From positions 16,749 to 80,748 of the forward strand of contig CAMTXC010000005.1 of NCBI GenBank assembly GCA_947085635.1: a DNA stretch of 64,000 bases. Reading direction: 5' to 3'. The DNA is from an uncultured Actinomycetes bacterium (lineage in GTDB: Bacteria; Actinomycetota; Thermoleophilia; RBG-16-64-13). Shown here in pieces: positions 10,086 to 18,795 of the stretch. The notes under the pieces were generated by a model. It was not told the origin of the DNA. It ran no database searches and saw only the letters and a program-made list of their open reading frames with translations. The position numbers and the translations under genes were made by a program. Numbering within the stretch: the first letter of the stretch is position 1; every line of letters starts with the position of its first letter.

Positions 10086-10249
10086 TGGTACTGAGTGTAC
10101 AGGATAGGAGTACGGACCGCACGCCCGACGTCCCGGGTGAGGTCACGAGGTCGCGCGCCGGAAGGTGGGGCGGAGCAAACCGCCGCCTTCGCCGTGTCCC
10201 TCCCGGGGTATCATGAGCCGCGCGAACCGGTGGAGGAGAGTGGTGGGTC

Positions 10250-10750
10250 ATGAAGCGGAAGGTACGCGCCGCGCAGAACGTGAGCCGCATGTGCCTGGTG
10301 TGCGGGGTGGAGAACCCCTCGGGGCTGGGGGCGCGGTTCTTCGAACTCGAGGGCGGGGAACTCGCCGGAGTCTTCCGGCCTCGACCGGAGCATCAGGGCT
10401 ACCCCGGGCGACTCCACGGCGGCATAGCCTCGACCATCCTCGACGAGACCATCGGCCGGGCCATCAACATCGTCGAACCCGGCACCTGGGGAGTCACGGT
10501 GGAGCTGACCGTGCGCTACCGTGCACCGGTGCCGCTCGACGGTGAGGTGAGGGCCGTCGGCCGCATCACAGAGGGGTCGCGAAAGCTGTTCAGGGGGACG
10601 GGCGAGATCGTGCTCGACGACGGCACCGTGGCGGTGGAAGCGTCGGGCCGCTACCTCAAGATGCCCATAGAACGCATCGCCGGAGACGACTTCGACGGCT
10701 CGCAGTGGATTCGAGACGAAAGACCGCTGCCCGACATCCTCGACCTCTGA
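10250..10750 (+). CDS. PaaI-family (hotdog fold) thioesterase
   Basis: CLVCGVENPSGLG ... GYPGRLHGGIASTILDETIGRA is characteristic of PaaI/YbgC-like thioesterases. Confidence 0.8.
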   Translation: MKRKVRAAQNVSRMCLVCGVENPSGLGARFFELEGGELAGVFRPRPEHQGYPGRLHGGIASTILDETIGRAINIVEPGTWGVTVELTVRYRAPVPLDGEVRAVGRITEGSRKLFRGTGEIVLDDGTVAVEASGRYLKMPIERIAGDDFDGSQWIRDERPLPDILDL

Positions 10751-10777
10751 CGCGGCGTTCTCCGAGGGGTGTGTGCG

Positions 10778-11242
10778 TCAGAACAGGTTGAGCCCTCGAG
10801 CCACGGCCTCGGAGAGACCCCACACGACCCCGAAAGCGATGGTCACCCCGATTGCCACGGCCGCGAAGGCCCTGTGCCACTCCATGCCCAACAGCCACGC
10901 CGCCGCCGTGCCCGAATAGGCTCCGGTGCCGGGTAGCGGTATCGCTACGAACAACGCCAATCCCAGCAGCCCGTACTTCGCCACGAGCGGGTGCGCCTTT
11001 GCGCGTGCCTTCTCGAGCTTGCGATGGAGCCAGCTGTTCTCGGGAATGTGGCGATACACCCACGAGAGGATGAAGTATGTGGGGAAGAAGACCAGGACGT
11101 TCGCGATCAGGATGAGGGGCAGGTAGGCGCGGTCCGCCTGCTGGATGGCCCAAGGGATGGCCCCCCGCAACTCTATCCACGGAACCATCGCGACCACCAC
11201 GTACTTCACGTAGGGCGGCAATCCCGCGAGCAGCTCGAGCAT
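10778..11242 (-). CDS. Small multidrug-export-like membrane protein (COG2426 type)
   Basis: Has the VAMVPWIELRGAIPWAI motif and four predicted TM helices. Confidence 0.6.
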   Translation of the reverse strand: MLELLAGLPPYVKYVVVAMVPWIELRGAIPWAIQQADRAYLPLILIANVLVFFPTYFILSWVYRHIPENSWLHRKLEKARAKAHPLVAKYGLLGLALFVAIPLPGTGAYSGTAAAWLLGMEWHRAFAAVAIGVTIAFGVVWGLSEAVARGLNLF

Positions 11243-11312
11243 AGTGGTGGTTCTCCCGGTCGGATGTGGTCAGGAAGAGTCGCGCCCTCGCCGGTGAGGG
11301 CAGGCGCACATA

Positions 11313-12059
11313 CTACTGCACTTGGGTGCGATCGGCTCGTTCCGAGAGCGCGGGTTGTCCGGCGCCCTCGGGCAGCTCCTCGTCGGTGGAGCCGCCGGCG
11401 GGTGGGCCGGGGGCGCCGGAGGCGGCCTGGTCGGACGCCGCCGGTAAGAAGGGCTGGTACATCAGGAGGGCGTGGTTCTCGGCGACCATGGCGTCTGTCA
11501 CCAGGTTCCCCCACGTGTCGAACTCGCGGCGGCACAGTACGTTATGTCGCAGGTAGGCCCTGGGACCTCGCTGGGTGAAGCGGTGTTCCCCTTCGTACAC
11601 TTCGTAGCGTCCGGGGAAGGGCTCCGCGCATGTCCAACGGCCTTGCAGATGGGTGGGGGTGACGCACAACCCGAGGCGCCACGGGAACAGGGTGCGGTTC
11701 TCGATCTGTAGGTCCAAGGCGGGCCAGGCGCAGGTGGCGCCGCTGCCGAAGGGCTGCGTGCGATCGGCGTCGGGGGACACGTCGTAGCTGTGCCGCCACC
11801 GCTCGGTCACGGCGAGAGGGGTGTGCAAAGTCATCCAGTACAGGAGGTTGGTGAGCCGGCAGAGGCCACCACCCACCCCGGCCGCGATGCGCCCGTGGTC
11901 GAGCACCATTCCGTCCAGGAACCCGCGCCGTACTCGGCGGAAGGCGGGGCCGAGGAAGAAGCGGGCGATGGCGGTTGGAGACCGCCCGTCGGAGTAGCGG
12001 AGGCGAGCGACGCCACCCCCGTCCCGACCCTTCCGCTGTGCGCCCGCGCCGGCCCTCAT
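11313..12059 (-). CDS. VanW-like protein
   Basis: GGGLCRLTNLLYWMTLHTPL ... core typical of the VanW domain. 4-nt overlap with the upstream gene. Confidence 0.7.
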   Translation of the reverse strand: MRAGAGAQRKGRDGGGVARLRYSDGRSPTAIARFFLGPAFRRVRRGFLDGMVLDHGRIAAGVGGGLCRLTNLLYWMTLHTPLAVTERWRHSYDVSPDADRTQPFGSGATCAWPALDLQIENRTLFPWRLGLCVTPTHLQGRWTCAEPFPGRYEVYEGEHRFTQRGPRAYLRHNVLCRREFDTWGNLVTDAMVAENHALLMYQPFLPAASDQAASGAPGPPAGGSTDEELPEGAGQPALSERADRTQVQ

Positions 12060-13276
12060 GCACGCATGATAGCTCTTTTGGAGCGCGAAGCGATCACGCC
12101 AATCCCCAGGGGCGATTCAGCCGGTGGGTCGGGGAACGAACCGTCTCCGAAGAAGAGGTGACGGGCCGCCACACGGAAGGGTAGCACCCGCAGCGCGAGG
12201 CACATCGCCTCGATGAGTCGGGGGTCGTCGAGCGAGTCGTAGAGCTTCCGCATGGCCAACCGTGATGCGAAACGCGGCCGGAAGTTGCCGCCTCGGTACC
12301 CGTCGAGTGCCGACGTGCGTCCGGGGGCGAGGTGATCCACGATGACCTCGGCGGCTGTGGCTGTGAGCCGCAGGCAAGGGTCGAGTCCGCCGGCGGTAAG
12401 GGGGGAGGGAGCCCCGGCCGCGTCGCCCACGAGGAGCCCCCGGGTGGATGCCAGTCGCGCGAGTATGCCGCCGACCGGGATCGCCCCGGCCCGACGCTCC
12501 GGCGAGGAGGTACGAGTCAGAGCGTGCCGCGATGCGATCAGTCCCTCGCGGGCGAGCAGCTCTCCCGCCAACTCGCGCACCCCGCGGAGGGCGCGGTCCG
12601 GGTCGATTCGGGACGGGTGTCCGCCCGTGCCCACGTGCAGCTCGTGGCCGTCGTGAGCCGCCCAGGCGATGTAGCCGGGCGCCAGCTGCGGGTCGAGCAT
12701 GACGTGCAACCGGGGCGGGCCCTGCACTTCGACCTCCTGGAACACCTCCTCCACGCCCACGATCCAGTCACGGTTCCGGTCGAGCTCGAGGTGACGGGCC
12801 GTCGTCGAGAACGTACCGTCGGCCCCCACGACGAACCGGGTGCGAACGAGACGGTGGGCGCCCTCGGGGTCCGTCAACTTCACGAGCGTCGAGGTGCGGA
12901 GGAACTCGAGTCCTTCGAAGCGGCTCCCCGGCGCCCACTCAGCACCCGCCTGTAGCGCGCGGAGCAGCTCGTGCTCGTACAGAGCAGCCATGCGACCGAT
13001 CCTGAACTCGTCACGCGGGCTCTCGAGTCTCAGTGGTCTGCGGGCGGGCGAGTACAGGCTGACGTGGCGGACCGGCGGCCCCAGGCACTCCGGCGGCAGC
13101 CGGAAGCTACCGAGCGTGCGCCTCACGAATACGCCGGTGGTGTGCACCCCCTGTCCGAGATCGGTCTTGCGGTCCGTTAGCAGCACCGCCAGCCCCGACT
13201 CGGCCAGGAGCCTGGCCATCCGCAGACCCGACAAACCCGCGCCAATCACCACCACATCGTGTCGCTCCGTCATCAT
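12056..13276 (-). CDS. FAD-dependent oxidoreductase (geranylgeranyl-reductase family)
   Basis: HDVVVIGAGLSGLRMARLLAESG and GLLVGDAAG motifs. Start moved to ATG 13276, preceded by GGAAGGAGG. Confidence 0.8.
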   Translation of the reverse strand: MMTERHDVVVIGAGLSGLRMARLLAESGLAVLLTDRKTDLGQGVHTTGVFVRRTLGSFRLPPECLGPPVRHVSLYSPARRPLRLESPRDEFRIGRMAALYEHELLRALQAGAEWAPGSRFEGLEFLRTSTLVKLTDPEGAHRLVRTRFVVGADGTFSTTARHLELDRNRDWIVGVEEVFQEVEVQGPPRLHVMLDPQLAPGYIAWAAHDGHELHVGTGGHPSRIDPDRALRGVRELAGELLAREGLIASRHALTRTSSPERRAGAIPVGGILARLASTRGLLVGDAAGAPSPLTAGGLDPCLRLTATAAEVIVDHLAPGRTSALDGYRGGNFRPRFASRLAMRKLYDSLDDPRLIEAMCLALRVLPFRVAARHLFFGDGSFPDPPAESPLGIGVIASRSKRAIMRA

Positions 13277-13504
13277 CGCCTCCTTCCCGGGTGGTGCCGC
13301 AGGGTCGTTCGTTCGTGTAGCCTTGGAGTCATGCCGCTTCGATGTCGTAGTGTTTACCCTCCCCATCATTATGAAGGACTTTTCACTACAAAGTCTATGT
13401 GGTAGCCCTACCCCTCTCCGAGTTTGGGTGTCCGTTGTTCCGCGCCGCCGGGTTCAAGCGGCGCCGGAGGTCTCGGGCCGGGTCGCCGCGTCCGGCCCGG
13501 TGCC

Positions 13505-13912
13505 TCAGTCCCTGCGCACCGCGCCGATGATCGCTTCCATGTGGGCAAGGTATTTCTCGAGGGCGTCGCGGCCCGGGACGGTGAGACGGTATTCAGTCTT
13601 CGGCACACGCCCCTCGAACGATTTGTGGCAGGTTAGGTAGCCGCCTTCCTCGAGCTTCCGTGCGTGTACGCTCAGGTTGCCGTCGGTGGTGTCGAGGAGA
13701 CGACGGAGTTCCATGAAGGTGAGCGAGTCGCTCACCGCGAGTGCGCTGACTATTCCCAAGCGCACTCGCTCGTGGATGAGACGGTCGAGTTCCCGGGGTC
13801 CTCCCGCAGCCAGGCCGCCGAGGACGCGCTCCAGAGTTCGTCGAGGTGTGGGGGTGTCCGCCTGGGTGTCGGCAGACGTGCTCGATTTCGCTCCGACCCG
13901 CTGTCTAGCCAC
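13505..13912 (-). CDS. Winged-helix transcriptional regulator (HTH_34-like)
   Basis: IHERVRLGIVSAL...FMELRRLL..TDGNLSVHARKLEEGGYL...K.FEGRVPKTEYRLT. Confidence 0.7.
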   Translation of the reverse strand: MARQRVGAKSSTSADTQADTPTPRRTLERVLGGLAAGGPRELDRLIHERVRLGIVSALAVSDSLTFMELRRLLDTTDGNLSVHARKLEEGGYLTCHKSFEGRVPKTEYRLTVPGRDALEKYLAHMEAIIGAVRRD

Positions 13913-14540
13913 CGTACCGCCTCGCTATGACGAGCCCGAAGGCTATGTGTAGCCCACCGAATCCCACCGCGAGGATGACGTTGTGCCACCCGACGGGAGC
14001 GACCACCGCCACGGTGCCGAGAGCCATGAAGCCCGCTCCCATCACCGGCACCGGCGGTACCGAGAAGGCGCCTGCTGAAAGCACACCCGCTCCGTAGAGC
14101 AGAAGCCAGACCGGCGGTAACAACTCGAAGAGGTCGCCCTGCACCAGTACCAAGGATATGAGCAGGCCGGCAACGAGCGGAGGAGAGAGCGCGAGCACGA
14201 ACTTACGCCCAGGAGCAGAGTGCAGGGGCGATCCCGCTCTGCGCGCCTTGCGCAGCATCGCTCCGCCTCCGATCGCGGTCGCCGCGAAGGCGGCGCCCAC
14301 CCACACCACCAGCCACGCGCCCGCGCTGCTCTGTAGGGAGCCCACCGCTGCCGCGACCAAGCCGGCGGCGCCCATCCCCACGCCGCCCCAGCCCGGCACC
14401 GCCGTGAACGAGCCCGCCTGCGACATGGTGTGCCTGATGAAACGCAGGTTGTCCACGGCGTGATCGTGGAGGGCCGTGGGAGCGGGTAGTGAGTCCTGGA
14501 TTCCGGCGGACTGGGAGCGCGGTGTCGGTGGGGTGCTCAT
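13905..14540 (-). CDS. Integral membrane protein co-transcribed with the wHTH regulator
   Basis: About six hydrophobic helices. Start placed at ATG 14540 because a TTGACA-N18-TATGGT promoter ends 6 nt upstream, implying a leaderless transcript. The track ORF extends to 14777. Confidence 0.5.
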   Translation of the reverse strand: MSTPPTPRSQSAGIQDSLPAPTALHDHAVDNLRFIRHTMSQAGSFTAVPGWGGVGMGAAGLVAAAVGSLQSSAGAWLVVWVGAAFAATAIGGGAMLRKARRAGSPLHSAPGRKFVLALSPPLVAGLLISLVLVQGDLFELLPPVWLLLYGAGVLSAGAFSVPPVPVMGAGFMALGTVAVVAPVGWHNVILAVGFGGLHIAFGLVIARRYGG

Positions 14541-14546
14541 TGCCGC

Positions 14547-14576
14547 ACCATAGCCGGTACCGTCCTCATCTGTCAA
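14547..14576 (-). promoter_or_regulatory. Candidate promoter (leaderless type) for the membrane protein / regulator operon
   Basis: Reverse strand reads TTGACA (14576-14571), an 18-nt spacer, then TATGGT (14552-14547). The ATG is at 14540. Confidence 0.4.
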
Positions 14577-14697
14577 GTACTTTGCGATAGAGAGTTGAGA
14601 CGTCGATCCTGAGCGAGACTCCCGTTCCCGGGTATCATTCATACCATCTTGGCCGGATGGCGGCGTCTGACGGCCGGGAGCCGCGCCCGGCGGCCCA

Positions 14698-15069
14698 GTG
14701 GCGGCGCCAGAGGCCGGGTTTGCGCACCACTCGAGCACCGAGTGCGGGGAGAAGACGGCGTACGAGGTCGTCGACATCTACAAGGATCTACCGCGCACGA
14801 ACTGCGGCGAATGCGGAAAGGGCTCCTGCTTCGCCTTCGCGACGGCCGTCTATCTGGAGGCCTTCCCTCTGGAACAGTGTCTTCATTTGAGGGAGGCGCC
14901 ACGCAGGGAGATGGAGACGAAACTCGATATGAGCCGGGAGGAGGGGGTCGGCAGGCGTCCGAGTTCGAGCGAGCAGGCGCTCCGGAGCTTGCCGGCGGTC
15001 TTGGTCTTCGCGGCTGAGGCCCTGAGTGGTCGCCTGCTCGGGGAGGACCTGCGCGGGCTGGTGGGGTGA
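14698..15069 (+). CDS. Small protein with an RnfB/AcsC-type 4-Cys Fe-S domain
   Basis: YKDLPRTNCGECGKGSCFAFATAVYLEAFPLEQC matches the LP..NCG.CG...C.AFA pattern of the putative Fe-S cluster domain found at the N-termini of RnfB and corrinoid Fe-S proteins. GTG start. Confidence 0.45.
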   Translation: MAAPEAGFAHHSSTECGEKTAYEVVDIYKDLPRTNCGECGKGSCFAFATAVYLEAFPLEQCLHLREAPRREMETKLDMSREEGVGRRPSSSEQALRSLPAVLVFAAEALSGRLLGEDLRGLVG

Positions 15070-15314
15070 CTCATCCCCTCATCGTTGCCTCATGCAGGCT
15101 CTCGATCCTCTTCGACGCTTCTGAATTTCCCTCACCCCGGCCAACGAGGCCCGCTGCGCCGAGACTCGCCTACGCGTCGATGCGTACGGTCTCGCCCGGC
15201 GCTCGGACTTCCGCCGAGCATCGTCAGCGCGGGTAATCACCACGGCGGCCTCGCGGGCCTGTCGACCGCCGCGCCCACCTCCGGAAGTTCGCGCGGCCAT
15301 GGGGCTCTGCGCGC

Positions 15315-15344
15315 TTGACCGACTTGGTCGCGCGCTGTTATGTT
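15315..15344 (+). promoter_or_regulatory. Candidate promoter of the ADH operon
   Basis: TTGACC (15315-15320), 18-nt spacer, TATGTT (15339-15344). Confidence 0.4.
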
Positions 15345-15401
15345 CCTTAGGCTGCTCGGCCGGCCGTCGCTCCCTTCCCGGAGGGGTCGCGGGTCGAGCT
15401 C

Positions 15402-15452
15402 GGAAGTGAGGACGCTTCCCGCTACGCGCGTTGGCGAGGGGCGTCCTTCTTG
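15402..15452 (+). terminator. Leader C: conserved hairpin overlapping an intrinsic-terminator-like stem (candidate ANTAR target)
   Basis: Hairpin GGAAG-U-GAGGAC-G-CUUCC at 15402-15419. Its 3' arm is also the 5' arm of the stem GGACGCTTC (15410-15418) / GGGGCGTCC (15438-15446), which is followed by TTCTTG. Confidence 0.45.
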
Positions 15453-15510
15453 CCCATATGCCAAGGGAGGCGGAGGGCGGCGAAAACCCGGCACACAGGA
15501 GGGGGCACGT

Positions 15511-16620
15511 ATGAAGATCAAGGCGGCAGTACTGAGGGAAGTGAACAAAGGCTACAGTTTCGAAGAGCTGGAACTGGCGCCCCCGCAGGCGGGGGAGGTG
15601 CTCGTCAAGTACGCGTACACCGGCTTCTGCCACAGCGATCTGAGTGTGGCCACAGGCCGCATCGGTATCGCCCTGCCCCTCGTGGCGGGCCACGAGGCCG
15701 CGGGCGTCGTCGAGGCGGTGGGCCCCGGCGTCACCCGTGTGAAGGTGGGCGACCACGTGGCCAGCACATGGATGATCCCCTGCGGCGACTGCCCCGAATG
15801 CCGTGGCGGTCTGGGGAACGTCTGCACCGGCAACTTCCCTCACTTCCTGGCGGGCACGCTGCTCGACGGCACCACCCGTCTCAGCGACGCCAAGGGCAAC
15901 CCCGTGCTCCACGGCAATTTCGTTTCCGGGTTCTCCGACTACACGGTGGTGCCGGAGACGGGCGTGGTCGCTATCCGAAAAGACATGCCTCTGGACTGGG
16001 CCGCCCTCATGAGTTGCTGTATCCCCACCGGCTGGGGCTCGGTGACGAACCTTGCCAACGTGCAGCCGGGCCACAAAGTGGCCATATGGGGCATGGGCGG
16101 CGTGGGCCTCAACGTCCTGCGGGCGGCCAAGATGCGCCAGGCGAACCCTATCATCGCGGTCGACCTCGAGGAGTCGAGGCGTGAGTTGGCGATGGAACTT
16201 GGGGCGACTCATTTCATCTGCAGCGCCAAAGACGACCCGGTCCCGATCATCCAGGACCTCACGGGCGGCGGCGTCGATATCGCCTTCGAAGCCATCGGAG
16301 ACGCCGGAGCGATCGTGCAGGCATGGTGGTCCCTCGCCATGGCCGGACGCCTCATGGTCATCGGCGTCATGCCCCAGGATCAGGTGGCCGACATGCCGCT
16401 GACCTTCATGCCGCTTCAGCAGAAATCGATCATCGGCGGGTTGTACGGGTCGATCTCCACCCATGACGACATCCCCAAGCTCTGCGACCTCGCGATGATG
16501 GGGGAGATGAAGCTCGACAGGATAATCGAGGGCAAGTTCAAGCTGGAGCAGCTCAACGACATCGCCGAGAAGATGGAGAAGCGTCAGCTGGGCGGCCGTT
16601 GGGTCTGCGAGTGGGACTGA
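15511..16620 (+). CDS. Zinc-dependent alcohol dehydrogenase (class III-like MDR)
   Basis: CHSD catalytic Zn site, GHEAAG, structural Zn CGDCPECRGGLGNVC, and GMGGVG Rossmann motif. Start at ATG 15511 after AGGAGGGGG; the track ORF starts upstream at 15340. Confidence 0.9.
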   Translation: MKIKAAVLREVNKGYSFEELELAPPQAGEVLVKYAYTGFCHSDLSVATGRIGIALPLVAGHEAAGVVEAVGPGVTRVKVGDHVASTWMIPCGDCPECRGGLGNVCTGNFPHFLAGTLLDGTTRLSDAKGNPVLHGNFVSGFSDYTVVPETGVVAIRKDMPLDWAALMSCCIPTGWGSVTNLANVQPGHKVAIWGMGGVGLNVLRAAKMRQANPIIAVDLEESRRELAMELGATHFICSAKDDPVPIIQDLTGGGVDIAFEAIGDAGAIVQAWWSLAMAGRLMVIGVMPQDQVADMPLTFMPLQQKSIIGGLYGSISTHDDIPKLCDLAMMGEMKLDRIIEGKFKLEQLNDIAEKMEKRQLGGRWVCEWD

Positions 16621-16686
16621 GCTGACGAGAGAGAGGCGGAGACGGCGACGGAGGGCGGGCGTGCCGCGTCGCCGTTCCGACAGCAC

Positions 16687-17679
16687 ATGAGCCTACGGGT
16701 CTGCATCATCGGAGGCGGCGGCACGGTAGGGTCGGCCGCCGCCTTCCGGTTGGCGGCGCTCGGCCTGGCGGAAGAGGTCGTGCTGCTCGACGCGCGACCG
16801 CACATGGCCCAGAGCCATGCCTTGGACCTCGATCAGGCAGCGAGCGTCATGGCGGGCTCCGTGGTGCGGGCGGGCACGTGGGACGACCTGGCCGGTGCAG
16901 GGATTGTGATCCTCTGTGCGGGACTTCCGGAGCGCAACGTCGCGTCTCGTGATGAGTACCTCGCGGGGAACCTTTCTATCGTTCGTGAGGCGGCCGCGCA
17001 TCTGGCCGCCCTCTGTCCGGAAGCGGTCGTGATCGTGGCCACCAATCCGGTCGATGTCTTCACCGCCGCGCTCGCCAGACTGACGGGCATGGACGACCGG
17101 CGCTTCCTGGGGTACTCCTGGAACGACACACTCCGGCTTCGTTGGGCGGTCGCACGGGTCCTGGGTGAGCCCGCGCGTGACGTGGAGGCCCTCGTGATCG
17201 GAGAGCATGGAGAGATGCAGGTGCCGCTGTACGACCGCATCGCGGTGCGGGGAAGGCCCGTCCTTCTGACGGCGGAGCAGGAGCGAGAGGCGGACTCGTC
17301 CATCCGGAGCTGGTTCGCCACCTACCAGGGGCTGAACAGCGGCAGAACGTCCGGCTGGACCTCGGCCGTGGGCATCGCCACGGTCGTCGGAGCGATCGTC
17401 GGAGGAGGTTCGGAGATACTCCCCGGCTCGGCGGTCCTGCACGGCGAATACGGAGTCACCGGCGTGAGCCTGGGCGTACCCGTTCGTTTGGGGTCTCGGG
17501 GCGTGGAAGAGGTGGTCGAGCTTCCCTTGACTCCGGCCCAATCGAGCGCGTTCCGGGCCGCCGCAGGCAAGGTCGGGAGCCTTCTGGACGGGGTCATGGG
17601 CTCGGGCGACCGCGCCGACCAGGGCGACCGCGCCGACCGCGGCGATGTGCGGGACGCTGTCCGCAAGGGAAGGGAGTAG
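16687..17679 (+). CDS. L-lactate/malate dehydrogenase family oxidoreductase
   Basis: CIIGGGGTVGSAAAF Rossmann motif, VATNPVD and IGEHGE motifs. Confidence 0.9.
   Translation: MSLRVCIIGGGGTVGSAAAFRLAALGLAEEVVLLDARPHMAQSHALDLDQAASVMAGSVVRAGTWDDLAGAGIVILCAGLPERNVASRDEYLAGNLSIVREAAAHLAALCPEAVVIVATNPVDVFTAALARLTGMDDRRFLGYSWNDTLRLRWAVARVLGEPARDVEALVIGEHGEMQVPLYDRIAVRGRPVLLTAEQEREADSSIRSWFATYQGLNSGRTSGWTSAVGIATVVGAIVGGGSEILPGSAVLHGEYGVTGVSLGVPVRLGSRGVEEVVELPLTPAQSSAFRAAAGKVGSLLDGVMGSGDRADQGDRADRGDVRDAVRKGRE
17605..17646 (+). repeat. In-frame 18-nt tandem duplication in the C-terminal tail of the LDH/MDH-like gene
   Basis: GGCGACCGCGCCGACCAG, GGCGACCGCGCCGACCGC, then GGCGAT. Encodes GDRADQ-GDRADR-GD. 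Confidence 0.8.
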
Positions 17680-17683
17680 GCGC

Positions 17684-18631
17684 ATGCGCATCGTGGTTCT
17701 CGGAGCCGGGGCGATGGGGTGCCTCTTCGGCGGCCTGCTGCACCGGGCCGGGCGCGATGTCACGCTGATCGACGTGTCCGCCCGGCAGATCGCGGCCATC
17801 AATGAAGCGGGCCTCCACTTGGAACGGGACGGCGAGGTGCTCATCATCCCCGTAAGGGCCGCCTACGCGGCCCATGTCGGCGTCGCTCCCGAGCTCGTCG
17901 TCCTCTTCACCAAGACTATCCACTCGGAGGCCGCTCTAGAGTCGATCCGAAGCCTGATCGATGACGACACCGTCCTCCTGTCGCTCCAGAACGGGCTCGG
18001 CAACGAGGAGGTCATGGCCCGTTTCGTGCCGCGCGACCGCATCGTGCAAGGAGTCACCACGTTCCCGGCCGACCTCGTGGCGCCCGGGCACGTGCGTTCC
18101 TTGGGCTCGGGTCACTCCCAGATCATGGGTCTTGACGGCCTGGTCACCCTGCGACTGGAGCTCATCCGCGACGTCTTGGACGACGCCGGTCTCGAGTGTG
18201 AGATCTCGCCGGAGGTCACCACCGCCATCTGGGAGAAGGCTGCCTTCAACTGCGCGCTCAACGCGCTGACGGCGGTCACGGGACTCCGAATCGGCCCCAT
18301 CGCTGATTCCCCGGAGGCAACAGACTTGGCCCGCCGCGTCGCGGAGGAAGTGGTCGACGTGGCCAACCGCAAGGGCATCGGTGCGCGCAAGGAGGTCGTA
18401 CTGGCCACGATTGCGGGAGCACTGGCGGAGCATAGGGAGCACCAGCCCTCCATGCTCCAGGACGTGCTCGCCGGACGCCGCACCGAAGTCGGTTCGCTGA
18501 ACGGAGCCGTGGTGCGCGAGGCGGCGGCCCTCGGCCTCAGCGTCCCGTTCACGGAGGCCTTGTACCTTCTCGTCCGCACGCTGGAGTCGACCATCCCAGG
18601 GTATTCCGGGGCGCACGCCGACCGTTCGTGA
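17684..18631 (+). CDS. 2-dehydropantoate 2-reductase (ApbA/PanE) family protein
   Basis: MRIVVLGAGAMGCLFGGLL N-terminus and a typical C-terminal ApbA_C region (NGAVVREAAALG). Confidence 0.85.
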   Translation: MRIVVLGAGAMGCLFGGLLHRAGRDVTLIDVSARQIAAINEAGLHLERDGEVLIIPVRAAYAAHVGVAPELVVLFTKTIHSEAALESIRSLIDDDTVLLSLQNGLGNEEVMARFVPRDRIVQGVTTFPADLVAPGHVRSLGSGHSQIMGLDGLVTLRLELIRDVLDDAGLECEISPEVTTAIWEKAAFNCALNALTAVTGLRIGPIADSPEATDLARRVAEEVVDVANRKGIGARKEVVLATIAGALAEHREHQPSMLQDVLAGRRTEVGSLNGAVVREAAALGLSVPFTEALYLLVRTLESTIPGYSGAHADRS

Positions 18632-18643
18632 GGGGGCGGACTC

Positions 18644-18672
18644 TTGACTTCCATGGTGCCTCCTGCTAGGTT
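18644..18672 (+). promoter_or_regulatory. Candidate promoter of the VOC-to-methyltransferase operon
   Basis: TTGACT (18644-18649), 17-nt spacer, TAGGTT (18667-18672). Confidence 0.4.
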
Positions 18673-18677
18673 GCGCC

Positions 18678-18706
18678 CAGACGTTCTGTGCACGCAGACG
18701 TCTGAC
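18678..18706. promoter_or_regulatory. Tandem palindromic operator-like sites at the predicted transcription start
   Basis: CAGACGTTCTG at 18678-18688 (one extra T) and a perfect 10-bp palindrome CAGACGTCTG at 18695-18704, extended by GAC. Confidence 0.45.
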
Positions 18707-18734
18707 TTTGGTGGCCGGAGAATGGGCCGTGGGT

Positions 18735-18795
18735 GGGGGGTAATGGCGCTTCCCGATGCGAGTTTCGCATTGTGGGAAGGGCCATTTTTTGTTTT
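18735..18795 (+). terminator. Leader A: conserved hairpin overlapping an intrinsic terminator (candidate ANTAR target)
   Basis: Hairpin GGGGGG-U-AAUGGC-G-CUUCCC at 18735-18754. Terminator stem TGGCGCTTCCC (18744-18754) / GGGAAGGGCCA (18774-18784), 10 of 11 bp, followed by TTTTTTGTTTT. Confidence 0.5.

Noticed and set aside
14594-14610. Additional operator-like site TTGAGACGTCGATC between the membrane-protein promoter and the Fe-S protein gene; also CTGACGGCAG at 43797-43806
   Set aside because: Only the central AGACGTC or CTGAC core matches (about 9 of 14 and 8 of 10 positions). That is too degenerate to count as members of the palindrome family without a statistical model.
15079-16686. 535-aa reverse-strand ORF covering the ADH gene. 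Similar long ORFs: 34725-36209(-), 35821-37434(-), 43826-45265(-), 48593-50653(+), 51088-52563(+), 53269-54762(+), 62829-63944(-).
   Set aside because: Each lies antisense or out of frame to a gene with clear family motifs. Their translations are Arg/Pro/Gly/His-rich low-complexity strings with no recognisable domains. These are typical stop-free shadow frames of GC-rich DNA.
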